From: Schizochytrium sp. TIO01
Lineage: Eukaryota > Protista > Bigyra: Labyrinthulomycetes
Reading direction: 5' to 3'
Assembly: GCA_004764695.1 (NCBI GenBank)
Contig: SMSO01000025.1
Span: 2,356,001 to 2,420,000 of the forward strand
DNA length: 64,000 nt
Shown here: positions 37,250 to 49,623 of the stretch, piece by piece
Numbering within the stretch: the first letter of the stretch is position 1
How the letters are laid out: every line of letters begins with the position of its first letter
The notes under the pieces: model-generated
Database searches by the model: none
What the model saw: only the letters and a program-made list of their open reading frames with translations
Told to the model about the DNA's origin: nothing
Program-made: the position numbers and the translations under genes

Positions 37250-38700
37250 GAGGGGTTGAAGTGGGAATGAGTACCGTTCAACGAATAAAGCATCCACGTA
37301 GCGACTTCATACAAAATTGAATCCAAAGTATTCGCGAGCCAATGGTATTGGTGCTCTTTAGGTTGTGTATGCCTCCTGGTTTATTCAAACAAATCAGGCG
37401 TGTTGCATAAATGTATATTACGATCAGCCTACGCCTGCCAAGCTGAATTTGAAGCAATGTGTTCCTTTTAATCCGTTCGAGATTTGCTGTATGAAGTTGC
37501 TGTCCCTGGGCTTGGGCTTGCTGGAAGAAACATCATCTAATTAAAAGGGTCTGATATCCGAATTGTGATTGATGAGTATTGGAATCACTAAGTAAACAGT
37601 AAAAGGTACACCCTCAAAATCGTTTATAGTTGAAAGTTACTACACAACAAATCCTAATAGATCCACAAATCTTAGATACTAATGAAGAAAATAGGTGATA
37701 TCTGCTGTGCCTTTAAAAGTCAACGAAATACGCTTTGATGCAGTAGGAATTGACCCATTCAACTCTAAAATATCTTACTAAGTCCTTCAGCACTTCCATC
37801 ATGTGGAATGCGATTCTTAACTATGGTAACTTAACGCTAGCTAAGACAATCTTCTTCTTCTCTACTCAAGTGATGAAAATTTTAAGTTGGTAAACGCTGA
37901 AGGTATAGCTGGCCAAAGGTACTCAGGTTTATTAGCAAGGGCGATGCACCGCCCAATGCTTACCAAGCAGGGATTAAACTTTAAACAAATAAATAGTCAA
38001 TCGTACTAATTTTTGAAACTATAATACTGATACTTTAGTTTCCTCTTCGAACGGCGACTACCTAGAGTAGTTTAAACAATTAAATGACACATGACATTCT
38101 CCACTTTGCTACAGGTAAAGTGTTGCTTCAGTCAAGTATTTTATGTACTTTAGTACCATCCAAGGTTTATAAACGAGTAATTGTACGAATTTCCAACTTT
38201 AAGAGAAGCTTGGCCAATGAACCCCTCCCCTCCCAAGCTCTTTAAGCAATTTGAAAATATAGCCCATGAGCTCGCTAAAATTTCGTAAGTGGCATTTGTG
38301 AAATGTGTCTAGCCTTATCCTAAGAATGATATATTTTGTTCGTCCTCCACTTTCCAGCTACAAAAGTATCCCGCTTCCACTAGAAGACTGCAACAGTGCT
38401 TGTTATTTGTTGATAATGCTATCCAATCGATTTGCCTGTTGATATGCTTCGTCAGATACTATTTACTTTAAATAGCAAAACTTCACCTTTTCACATCATT
38501 GTATAGGTGAGGGGCAAATAAGATCTGAAAAAAGCGACTTTCTTTGCATGCTAATTTTGTCTACATTTGACTTGCTAGAAGCCAAATCCAATCTCGAGAA
38601 TGTTGAATGTCAACTTAAAAGATCTCATTAGGTCAGGTTCTCTAGAAGGTTATGCTTTCTGGTGAAGTAGTCAGTTTGCTGCGAAAATATCTAGAATATT
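37250..38700 (+). mobile_element. pogo/Tigger (CENP-B-like, DDE_1) transposase fossil
   Basis: VGMSTVQRIK (HTH, 37261), WFIQ, WACWKKHHLIKR (37513-37548), QILDTNEE, VNAEG (37890-37904), FISKG..P (37928), MSSLKFRKW (38266-38292), LLFVDNA (38400-38420), QNFT....IGEGQIRSEK (38476-38532), VNLKDLI (38609-38629): the canonical pogo motif order. Confidence 0.75.
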
Positions 38701-39747
38701 TACCTCTGTCTCTCAAATTCAAATAGCATTTTATTCCGTTTCGTACGTAATTTTACTATTAACGACCATCCAGATTTACATGAGCAAACACCATTTATCA
38801 CAAAGGATAGTTTACTCTGAAATTTTGCTTAGCAGGTCTCGTAATCAACTTCTAATATTGATGCATCATAGCAAAGAAACCCCGACATTTATGATCACAG
38901 ATGTAGCACGATTCTTTCTTCACACCCAAGTTCTAGCTACTGTGGAAGACCGAATATTGTGCTGTGTGCAAAACAAACATCACCAGACCTTGATATTTCA
39001 ATGTTTGGCCCAAGCATCTTACAGAATAAGAATAACTTTGTAAAGCTTGGCAATTACACGATACTTGGGCTAGACACAAGGCTTTGTCGCCATAAGTAAA
39101 ACAAGGTGACAAAGCGCACCTGGGTAATTTAGATATGGCATATGGTGGCAGCAGACATCCCTGATAGTGTAAATAGTTTGAATACTCATTCAATTAGTAG
39201 AGTAGATTGAGTTATCATGTGCCCAGAAAGATTGATTTATAGTAGTCTCTACATGGGACTGGACAAACCAACACGTTGAGAGCAACAACTGGCTGTTTAG
39301 TTGAACTGGCAGCTGTCTAAGAAAAAACGTTTAGCCCTGATATCTACGCTTAATATGAAAAGAACAATTTTTGTTTGTAAGTTAGGAAAAATCTTCAAGT
39401 CAAAGTGATTGTCGAACATTCCACAAAAAAGTAGTCAAAATAAGATATAAATTTTGACTTGTGATTTGTACCGCACGCAGAAAGATCTGATTTTGAGGAT
39501 ATGATAAAGCAAGAACTGGGTCATCTAGCAATTGCAAAACCGAAGACGCCCCATCCACATTTTTTATGCATCTCTCTTTGGTCTCAAGAGACTCAGCAAC
39601 AAGAAAGAAATCCAAGCTGCTTGTATTCAAGCGTGCGCAATATGGAGGAGTAGAGAAATGGAAAGACACAAGACTGATTAGATCAGGGATGTCTCAATTT
39701 TGAAGAAAAATGGCTGGGCAAGCTTTTTCCTGGTTAATATAACAAAC

Positions 39748-40766
39748 TTAGACCACCTTGACGCCCATGGATTTAGCGGACGCAATAATACTCTTGCAGA
39801 TGCTTTTCAAAGGTACCGCCTGGAGGTTAGGGTCAGTCTGCTTCAGCTTGGCAATCTCGTAAACAACCTTCACAGAAACAGTTGCAACAGTTTGGGTACC
39901 AGGCTCCTTGGCTCCCTTCTCGATATTGGCAGCCTTCTTGAGAAGGTAAGAGGTGGATGGGGTCTATATTTTAAATTATCAACAAGAACAGAGGTATAGT
40001 TAGTATCCAAGACGAGAGCTCCCTGAGATTTAAATGAAATGAATAGCAAATTAACATACCTTGGCGACGAACTCAAAGGTGCGGTCAGAGAACGCGGTGA
40101 GAACTACGGGGATGGGAATATCCTTCTTGTAGTCCTCTGACCTTGCGTTGAAAGCCTGCGCAAAATTTTGAAAAAATCCCCCGGTAAAACAAAGTAAGCG
40201 CCGCAACAAGTTGAGACGTGACATCACCATGAAACCCATAGTTGCTCATCAGAAAAAGAGTCATCCAAGCCCAATGGAAAACACAGAATACGCGCATAAA
40301 ACACCGCCGTATTTTCCAGTACACCACCGAAATTGATTACAGAAGATACCAAAGCATTCTCGTCAGTCAACCACCCTTCGTTAAGATATTTTCCACGCGA
40401 TGTCCATTTCTTAGGCTTCTCTGCTGCTCAATGTTGCTTTACCCTGTGTTGACCAAAAATCAGCAGCATATAAAGCAGCGGAAAAGCAATATAGGATTCG
40501 CGAAGAGGCTCTCAAGCAAGCAGAAGCAGCCCCGCGAAAGTTCCACTCATTGCGATATGTCGGGCCTCTCGCGAGCGCGACCTTGTTTCCCGGCCAGTGT
40601 AGCTGACAGCTAGCTAGCTCCCTTGTCTCGAGGCATGGCGAACACTTACCTTGCAAAACTCCATCATGTTGACACCGAGAGGACCGAGCGCCTGACCAAT
40701 GGCAGGCGACGGCTTGGCAGAGCCAGCCGGCACAATGAGCCGCACGATACCCTTGATGCTTGCCAT
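39748..40766 (-). CDS. MRPL11: Mitochondrial-type ribosomal protein L11 (uL11m), 142 aa, exons 40650-40766, 40060-40155, 39748-39963
   Basis: [39 protein letters not shown] / [32 protein letters not shown] / [12 protein letters not shown]...SMGVKVV*. Introns GTAAGT..CAG (494 nt) and GTATGT..TAG (96 nt) join in frame. Confidence 0.95.
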
Positions 40767-41976
40767 AGTCCCGTCCGCGATACGCTGCAATCTGTCAATG
40801 CCGCGCAGCACAACTCCGCCACCCACCACCACATGCAAGGACACGAGAGAGAAGGGGCGAAATACTCTATATTATACAAACAGGCACAATATAGAGTATA
40901 AGACCTCTACAGTAGAGAATCGACTGAGACACAGAGACTCAAACAGAATAAACAGAGATAAACAGAGATAAACAGAAACAAATAGACAAATAGAGCGACG
41001 AAAACGAGCTCTCAATCAGACAATAACGACCGCAGGGACACCAAGCAGCGAGGCTTGGCAAGGGAACCAACGCAAAACAAACAAGAGCTGCAACGAATGT
41101 AATCACTATTGCATTCGACAAACCCCAAAAGAACTGGCAGAATTTCGGCCAGAGTGACAGACTCTACGCATGTTATTCATCCTACAGCATGTATATATTT
41201 ACTCTAGCAAGCGATAAGAAGAAGCAGCGGCAGCCGCAGAGGGCGTTGCATTGGGGTCCCTAAGTTACTCCGTTTCCCTACATTCCCTGAACGTTCTGTT
41301 CTATGTTTGAACGTTCCAATAAGAAGGGCTACTTATCGTGCACGATATAGTATGTGGGTGCATAGGTATGAAAAAACTCCTTCAAGATCAGGCCCTAATT
41401 CGATACCGTTCTTGCGGTTCTTGCAGAGGGACAAGCATGAAGAGACGGAGCAAAACCCCGTGACTAGGCAAGAGCCAGAATTCACGCGTACAGATTTTGA
41501 CGGAGGGACGCCTTAGAATCCTTCGGGCTGATTGAAAAAGTGAGAATGCTCACGACAAGTGAGTGAAGAAAGAAATGGATTTTTGTAATATCTTTTTATA
41601 AAGAGACAAAGAACACTGTCATGAATCTTTGTCCAAAGTCTTATGAGGTGCACATTTTAGTCTTTAAACTTCATAGTAAAAACTAAAGCACGTGAATCGA
41701 CAGCTCCTAAAAAAGGCCAGTGCCTGCCGACACTGTTCTTTGTACAGGACGAATCGAAGAATTCTTTGGTGAGTGAGCAGTTTCAATCATACAAAACTCG
41801 CAGGGGGGAAGGCGGCTCAGTTCGTTTTTAACTCACCTTGGTAAAATTACAATAAATTCCTTATTCGTCTATTTCTAATAATTTTATTTACAAGCCAGCC
41901 AGATGACAGATCTTGATAGAATTATCCCCAAGCAAATTTCTTCTTATTTACAATAATTTCTACGTTGGTGGAAAGC

Positions 41977-42720
41977 TTACGAGAAACTACTTGGAACTGG
42001 TCTAGTCATGTAGCCCCAAACTACATTTTTGTGCAACAACCTTTGTTTCATGTTGTTGTCGATGCTAGCATCATGATCACACGCTTGGTTAAGCGTCGTG
42101 GACCTTGGTCTATCTGCCTTAGGTGGTGATATCACTGAGCAAGAAGAAGACAAAGATGCAGTATTCATTGACATAGCCAATGTCGTATCGAGTGATGCCT
42201 CCATAAGTTTCACAAGTTTAGAGTTTCGACGCACAGAGCTTGGGTGAAGCTTTGGTGGTGCAATTTCAATATTTAGTTCGTCTTCACAAGAATCATAAAC
42301 CATTCGATTGTATGATTCAATACCCAAGCGAAGTCGCTCTTGGGACACTTCATGCAGTAACCTTAGGCGCTCTGCTTCTTGATCACGAAGCTTCACCCAA
42401 TGCTTGAAGTCAGGTGGTGCAAATTGATACTTTCGATCAACCTCCTCAAGCGGATCGAAAATTTTCATCTTGAATTTTGACTCCCGAAATCGGAAATCCT
42501 TAACTTTGTCAAGTGGTCTGCCATCTAATATAAATGCATTCCGCCGCTGAATGCTGAGTGGCACTGCCTTCACAGCAGAGGAATTGTTTTTTTTTCGCCC
42601 ATTAGTTGAACTTAAACTGCTTTTTCCTGCTATGTTTGTTACATTACTATTATTATTTCTTCGAGAAACTTGCATTTTACAAATATGTGCGACAGATTCC
42701 TCAAGATAAGCTTTTTCCAC
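41977..42720 (-). CDS. Hypothetical protein (first ATG at 42675, or an upstream exon)
   Basis: Long non-shadow ORF with protein-like composition and a charged helical core (KHWVKLRDQEAERLRLLHEVSQERLR); no family recognised. Confidence 0.6.
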   Translation of the reverse strand: MEKAYLEESVAHICKMQVSRRNNNSNVTNIAGKSSLSSTNGRKKNNSSAVKAVPLSIQRRNAFILDGRPLDKVKDFRFRESKFKMKIFDPLEEVDRKYQFAPPDFKHWVKLRDQEAERLRLLHEVSQERLRLGIESYNRMVYDSCEDELNIEIAPPKLHPSSVRRNSKLVKLMEASLDTTLAMSMNTASLSSSCSVISPPKADRPRSTTLNQACDHDASIDNNMKQRLLHKNVVWGYMTRPVPSSFS

Positions 42721-45700
42721 CCTGGATAAATATTGACTTCCAAATCAAATCTCTGTTAATATCGTTCAATAGAGTAGATAAAGTGACCTACTAAATTCAA
42801 CGCAGGGCCGGATAGTTTTTACTCTTTTGGGGACTCCCTCAAAGGTAGAATGTAAAACTTGGAACAAGATCTATCATCTGCCAAGCTAATATGCGATAGG
42901 TTTTAACTTTTATAAATTAATCTCCACCTTGGAAAATTCCTCGGCGGCCATGCACGCCAAATTAACACTCGAATTGGTGTGTTCAGAAGTCTTTGTCGGC
43001 CGGCTGCAAGGTGCAAAAGCAACTGCAATAGCAATGGATTATTTGCCTTTTCCCTTTACTAACAAGCCTGCTCTATTGTCCATGCACTAATTCCTGCCAC
43101 ACGGTATTGAAAGTAAACAAGCAACCTCCAAGTGCGCCGACGCTCGGGCACAAGTAAAGGCGGGAGTCTTCCTTTTGGCTGGATTCTATCGTGAAATCGC
43201 CCCCACAGAGCTAAAGCTATCTGCAGCGCTCGCCTGGTTTGTTGAACTGTCTGAAAACCCAGATCTAGGTATCTCCTCGCGGCTACTTTGGTACATCCTT
43301 TGATTGATCGCTGCTCTTGTTGTCTTGCCACTGCATTTCTTCCTATGTTCTCTCCTAGAATTTTGGAATCAGAAAGGTGTGCACTTGTGTGTGTTTTCAC
43401 AATATGATCTCGCTGCAAAAGTGGCATACCTGGCGTTTTGTCGTCAGCAATAAATTTCCGACACCTCCTGGCAAAAGGATCGACAAGAATAAAAGACAAA
43501 AGGGAAGCATTTCTATATCTGCCTTTCGTTTTGCAGGTAAGGTATGAGCTGTCGATAATAGATTCTGTTGTTGCATTGGGCTGACATCAATCATCAAATT
43601 CCGTCGTCGCTCTGCCAGTCTGAGTGGTGTGCGTTCCACGATACCCTCTCAAGAAAAGTGGATTCATATTAAGCAGAGGTAGAATAGGCGTTTTAAAACC
43701 ATTGAAAGGAGTCACCAGGCCTTGGATGGATACTCTGTGTCTCCACCATGCGCCAAACGCGCTTTGAAAGTATGTCGGTTTCGAGGATAATCAGAGTTTT
43801 GTGCTTAGTGTTGAATAGGGAAAGATATTAGAAAAATTGCATGATTTATGTATCTGTCGCCACTGTGAAGATGTGAGGTAGTGACTAGGGCTTCGTTCCA
43901 TCTGGAATCTCAAGATTCATTGCCAGAGCTATGTGAGAGAGAAAATCAAATAATTCGTCAATCAAAGACTAAGGAATGACGACTAAGCGAATCTGTCCAG
44001 ACGGACAATTATCTTATATTATTTTTTTAATTAAAAATTATGGAAGCTTGGAAAATAGACGCAACAGCAACCCCCGCCTCGCTGAGTGTGCGGTCTCGCT
44101 GGCATTCGGTCCGGAATAAGATATCTCAAAGGGCAATAGCTTCAGGGCAACTATTGCTGCAAGCATTGGCATCTTCTGTGCTTCATAGTTAGCTAGTAGA
44201 GAAATCCTAAGTTTTTTATGTTCTAAAGAAAAGCTTTATTTATTTTATCTTTTTATCTAAAAATTAGTTAATTAAAAGTCTTCTACGGAGCGTCTAATGG
44301 ACAGAGACTTGAGCAATTACCTCGAGGCCGAGTGTATACATACATACGATGGTGTGATATGGAGCCCATAAGTTATTTAATCGTTAGCAGTATTGCGACG
44401 TTTGCACTTGCTTGACTTTCTCTTAAGTTCTTTCATAAAATCAACTAGTGCTAAATACGGAATAATAATGAGTGCCAGGTCCCATGGTATCAAATAATGT
44501 CCATAAACTACAAGGAAACGAAACTATTAAATGTAGTAATGTACCCATCCATCTGCCCTGGGGAGGCTTGCAAAGTAGCTAGCATCAACGTCATCTCGGA
44601 GAAACTTCATAAGTTCAAGGAGAAATGAATCAACTAAAAATCGGCAAAGATGATTCTGGCCTGACTCTAGTCTAATTGAAACGATGCTTTCTTACACCTG
44701 ATGGCATCGCGAAAGCCATTTAGCCGCTGCTCGCGTTTTTCCTCATTCGCTCCGCCCGCGACCTCTGTTTCAGCCGCTCCTACCCGTGTCCAGCTCTACG
44801 AGTTGGCCTCCTCGTTGAGATCAACATCGCAACCGATTTATTGACGTCACAGATCACAGGCTAAGAACCAGGAAACTGCTGGAAACCACCTCCCAACAAC
44901 AAGTTTCTTCCCTCCGCTGCATTAGCACCACATCATCGTGAGAGCTGTGCAGACAAACCACGTGTGTTTGCCTCGAGCAACGGGCTTAGGTCAGCTTGTG
45001 CAGAGAAGGCATTGATCTAATGTCATGCACTGCAATCTATTGAAATGCGCTGTATCCTCGATTTGCTTGCAATCAGGCTCAAGTTGGCATTGGTTTCCGT
45101 TACCTCCTGATATCTAGGAGCTGACAACTCTGAAAATTAAACCAGGCCGTCGTACTCGTGGGCCCTACTTTACATCTCTCCTAGGTCTCTTGCGGCCCGC
45201 GAAGCCGCTCGGACGATCGAGCGGCCAGAGGTGCTGCCGCGTTGTTAAGTTTGCATATCAGTAAGAACAGTATCGTCCATCATAAAGCTTGCACTCCAGA
45301 AAAGGATACGATACATCGAACTCTGCGAGCTGGTCGTTCTAAGTGGAGCTATGTATGGATATGTATGTGGTATAAGTATAAACTGATTTTGAGTTTGTGC
45401 AAGAAATTATATCGTGAATACTCGTAGTAGATCCTTCCTTTTCACTGTCCAATTGATTGTCTTCAGTTCGCTAATTCATTTTGATCAATTTATTTTGGTT
45501 TTTGTTTGTTTGTTTTGGTTTTATTGTTTAATGAAAATAATAACAAAACACGAAGGAGATCTCAACAGCAACGCAGGTCTTCTCGGCGACGTGGACCTCT
45601 GCCACTTGGTAGATGCTCAAGTCAACTGGCAGAGCATTTTCACGCTACGATCGACAGTCTGTCACCATCTCTGGTCCTGTCGCTGCCGGCTGGCTCCCCA

Positions 45701-47217
45701 GGCCTTTGGATTACCACGGCGCATCCGCAATCGTCATGAAAGAAACATTTATATTAATCGTAGACCCTCACTAGCAACTCTTACTTTGAAAGCTAGGTAA
45801 ACATTGCTCAGAGACCAATTCTGCACTGCACAGTTTTAGCTCATTCACGATGGATAAGTTTTATTTTGGTTTGACTTCTTTGTTGTTTCTTTTCATGAAT
45901 CTAAGACCCTCTAACGCCATTCGTAGAAGGGCGATAAGTAAGTAAGCAAGGATAAATAAGCACGATTTGCAATTAGAACATCAAATTGTGCAATACGAAG
46001 CTGGAAATAAGGCCTGCCGATGAAATGACACCGTGTTTTTGCACCCCCTGCTGGTCTCGGAGGCTTCTCCCAGACCTTCGATAACCAGCTGACGTGACAG
46101 TCCGTGAACCACCGAAGGGCACCCTTCTGATTCCTTCGATCGATCGATAGTTTGATTGACTTATTCTCACCTGCACCGCCAACCTAAGGTGCCGCTAGCA
46201 CCTGGTTAGCTACTCTTAGCGAAAAGAGTGTTCTCTGTTTGACTCATAATCTATTTTTTATTTTACCTTTCAAATAAAAGAAAGTGCCAAACCTTTGATT
46301 CAAACTGAGTAGTAGGTACCTTGCTAACCCATTATCTAACCCAAAGTCTAGAACTCCCTTTATGTAAACCTTTTTCAAGTAATTAAAAAACGCCTTTAAC
46401 TTATAACTAAAAAGGAGCGAACAACCAGATGGGTACCTAGGGGCCTACTTATCATTTACTCTAGCACATACTATTTTAGAAAGGCGGAGAGAGATCTTCT
46501 TACACTCCTTACTAGTGTGACTAGAGGAAGGAACGTAGTGCTACGGCGTAGGAGTCACTAGGCGTTGCATAGGCTTTGCAATGGAACTCCAAGACAAGGC
46601 AGCTTTCGATTGCTAGCGGGGGCCTAGGGTTTTGGGTAGGACCTGGGAATCACAGACCCAGCCGAACAGAAGCAATCCATGAACTAATTTGAGCTCAGTC
46701 CTGGCCGCAGGAAGGGCAGCGGGCAGAAGACAGGCGGCTGAAGTGGCTGAAGGAGAAGCGCAGGAGACGCGAGAAAGCAAGGCGGCTGCCAGGAGGTGCG
46801 AAGATCCTGCCTTTGCAGCTGCTCGAGGTTTGCCAGGCCTTCTTGTTTGGGACTGAGCTGGGGAATTGAAGCACGACTTGGTATCGGAAAAGAACTACAT
46901 AGTACTGTTAGTATAGGAAATAGAGTGGAGAAGGGCAAGGGATCTGTACAGGCTGTTCGCTGGCAGGTCTACTTCAGTGCGTACATACGTGCGTGGGTTG
47001 GGCGGGCGTGTAGTTTAAGATATTGGAAAATCGGGAGGAATTGGTTGGAATTTTGGATTTAAACTTCAAATTTTGTTGGATTCGGCTTTGAAAGAGGTCG
47101 TTCTCAACCTTCAAAGCATTCTCAAAGCCACTTTGGGAGGGCCCATAACATAAGACGAGGCCCATCTTGGCGAGAACATTTGCTTCGTGGTAAACGGCAC
47201 ACTGCTGACATTTTGCA

Positions 47218-49533
47218 ATGAGGCTCCGACTATTGCAGGTGACTGACCTTGAAAAACCATGCGTGTGGGAACTTGAGTTCTCGCGTGCTGCGACCGGAGC
47301 GGACGTCCGCGAGCAAGCAGCCAAATTTGCCCTAGCTCCTGCCGAGCGGATTCGATTGTATTGGCGAGGCGCAGAGTTCGCGGATGATATCCCTTTGTGC
47401 ACAATTTTGCTGGACATGGACTGCCTCGTATTCACTGTGGAGCTCGATTCAAAAGCTAGTAGTCCTGAAACTGGACCGATCCGTATCTGTGGACTTGAGG
47501 CATTGGCCAACATTGGCCCGAAGGCACTGCGCAATATCCGCAAAATCATGTTTGAAGCACAAGCCGGATTCGATGCAGGCTTCGCTCCAGAGCTTTCCGA
47601 AGCAGGATCTGGCGGGACGTACTTCTTGAAGAACGGCTCTGGCAAGTACGTTGCATGCTTCAAGCCTCGGGACGAAGAGCCCGCTGCAGAAAATAACCCG
47701 AGAGGCCTCCATGATCATATTTCAGGAGCCTTAAGACAAGGAGTTCGTGCTGGAGAGGCGGTACAACGCGAAGTGGCTGCTTTCATCACTGATGTAGGAG
47801 GCTTCAGTCGGGTCCCAGAGACCGTACTTGTAGAGGCCAAACACTCAGGATTCCATTATCGCGACGGCCAGGTGCATTACAAAGTGGGCTCATTCCAGCA
47901 TTTTGTCCCTGCCGATTGCATCGCAAGTGACTTTAGCCCTAATCTGTTTCCGCCTGAAGAAGTACACCGGGTGGCCATCCTTGACATCCGCCTCTTAAAT
48001 GCTGATCGTAACGATGCGAACCTTCTGGTCTCGCGAAGACCCAAACCTAGCAGCCCAGGTGCAATGCCTGCTGGTATTCCACGCCCGGAGTCTGACGTGC
48101 GTAAGTTGCGGTCGCTCTCCTGTTCCATGGGTCCGATGGACTTTGAGTATTTTCTTACACCAATCGACCACGGCTATTGCCTTCCTGACAAACTCGAAGT
48201 TGCATGGTGCGACTGGTGCTGGTTAGACTGGCCTCAGGCACGCATCCCTTTTTCTCCTGCAACCTTGCAATGGATTGAGGACTACGATGTTGAGCAATGT
48301 GTAAATACTCTCCGGAAGGATCTCAATGTACGAGAATCGTGTCTCCAACTTATGCGCATCGCTGTTATGGTTCTTAAGAAAGGTGCTCGGGCTGGACTCT
48401 GCCTTCATGATATCGCATCAATTATCGCTCGACAGGATGTTGATCAGCCATCTATTCTTGAGACCCAAGTAGCTCGTGCGCATGAGCTATCTCGCATGAT
48501 GGAGAACAACTCTAGAGTAAAAGGTGTGAACTATTCGGCAGCTCTTAATAATGTTAAGAGTTTGCCTAAATCTTCTCGCCGTGCAGCAACTCTTTCTTCG
48601 TGCAATTTGCCTTACCCTGAGACAGACCAATCCGTACATGCGACAATCCTAGCTTCATGTGGGAAAGAGAATATATCTCGTCTTGGTCTTCCTCGTATGT
48701 CGGCTCCTAGCGTTGAAGCTCTTCGGAAACCTCAACATAAAATTCCGCCTGTCGAAATCAGAGCTGGTAATATTGACATTGAGGAGAAGCGTCCGACAAT
48801 CGCTGAGTCTTCGAAGTTTGAGCCTTCCTCAAAAGACAACGATCTTGCCACTCGATTTTTCTTCGAGTATATTGAACGCCTCGTCGATGACGTTATTCTT
48901 TGTGTACATAAGCAACGCCGTGCGCTGACCACCTTTCTAGATGAAAAAACCTTGTTCCGGCGGACAACGTCTATGTATCTCACATCTCCACACAGAGCAC
49001 CAATCCGTGCGAATTATCGAGGACAAGGAGGGAAGCTTGAAGTTACATGTAAAAAATTGGCTGAAGATGCGGGCGAGGTTCGGAGACCGCGGTGCGCTTC
49101 TGATGACTCTTTCTTTCCACCCAAGCAACACTTGTATGAGCATAATGTCTCAGGTACTCATCGTCAGAATCATCCGTCTCAATCTATCAACTTTCTTGGG
49201 TCACTATTGCCAACTCATCCTGCTTGTGATTCCGATGAAGGCGAGGATGACCATGCCGGCGAAACTCAACTTATATTGACAAACAAATCCGAAGGAAATC
49301 TTGATAATGCTGTGCTGAATCCTCTCACAGATGTCAATCATGACCACTTTTTGCATATCGAGACCGTGGCATCAAAACACCTGCTGCATATTCACCCAAT
49401 GACCTCAAGCTTCCACGAAGCTCGGCAGTTCTCAAAGCTCTCTATCTCATCACCAAGTGCTAGCTCGCACGCACAGTCACGCTCCCTTTCACAGAAATCG
49501 CGATTTCCTCTCTGTTATTTGCCGCTTAGCTAG
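47218..49533 (+). CDS. Type II phosphatidylinositol 4-kinase (PI4K gamma-like) with N-terminal ubiquitin-like domain
   Basis: GSGGTYF, FKPRDEEP, REVAAF, VPET, VGSFQHFV, VHRVAILDIRLLNADRNDANLLV, PIDHGYCLP, WLDWPQA; UBL-like N-terminus (ERIRLYWRGAEFADD). Confidence 0.93.
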   Translation: MRLRLLQVTDLEKPCVWELEFSRAATGADVREQAAKFALAPAERIRLYWRGAEFADDIPLCTILLDMDCLVFTVELDSKASSPETGPIRICGLEALANIGPKALRNIRKIMFEAQAGFDAGFAPELSEAGSGGTYFLKNGSGKYVACFKPRDEEPAAENNPRGLHDHISGALRQGVRAGEAVQREVAAFITDVGGFSRVPETVLVEAKHSGFHYRDGQVHYKVGSFQHFVPADCIASDFSPNLFPPEEVHRVAILDIRLLNADRNDANLLVSRRPKPSSPGAMPAGIPRPESDVRKLRSLSCSMGPMDFEYFLTPIDHGYCLPDKLEVAWCDWCWLDWPQARIPFSPATLQWIEDYDVEQCVNTLRKDLNVRESCLQLMRIAVMVLKKGARAGLCLHDIASIIARQDVDQPSILETQVARAHELSRMMENNSRVKGVNYSAALNNVKSLPKSSRRAATLSSCNLPYPETDQSVHATILASCGKENISRLGLPRMSAPSVEALRKPQHKIPPVEIRAGNIDIEEKRPTIAESSKFEPSSKDNDLATRFFFEYIERLVDDVILCVHKQRRALTTFLDEKTLFRRTTSMYLTSPHRAPIRANYRGQGGKLEVTCKKLAEDAGEVRRPRCASDDSFFPPKQHLYEHNVSGTHRQNHPSQSINFLGSLLPTHPACDSDEGEDDHAGETQLILTNKSEGNLDNAVLNPLTDVNHDHFLHIETVASKHLLHIHPMTSSFHEARQFSKLSISSPSASSHAQSRSLSQKSRFPLCYLPLS

Positions 49534-49623
49534 TTGAATGTCCAAGACGACCCTCTCGACGACCCTCTCTGTATTTCATTGTAAAGAAAAAAAATTAGCT
49601 GTATTTACCATTGCACATGAGAG

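Noticed and set aside
41285-41320. Two GAACGTTC palindromes resembling heat-shock elements upstream of rpL11
   Set aside because: Each has only two nGAAn units; too weak without expression data
43059-43639. ORFs of 146 and 80 aa
   Set aside because: Non-ATG starts and no recognisable features; more likely upstream or UTR sequence
46974-47663. 229-aa antisense ORF (likewise 57152..57676, 62044..62478 and other nested ORFs)
   Set aside because: Shadow frames of the real PI4K, GPR180-like and Dpy-30 genes
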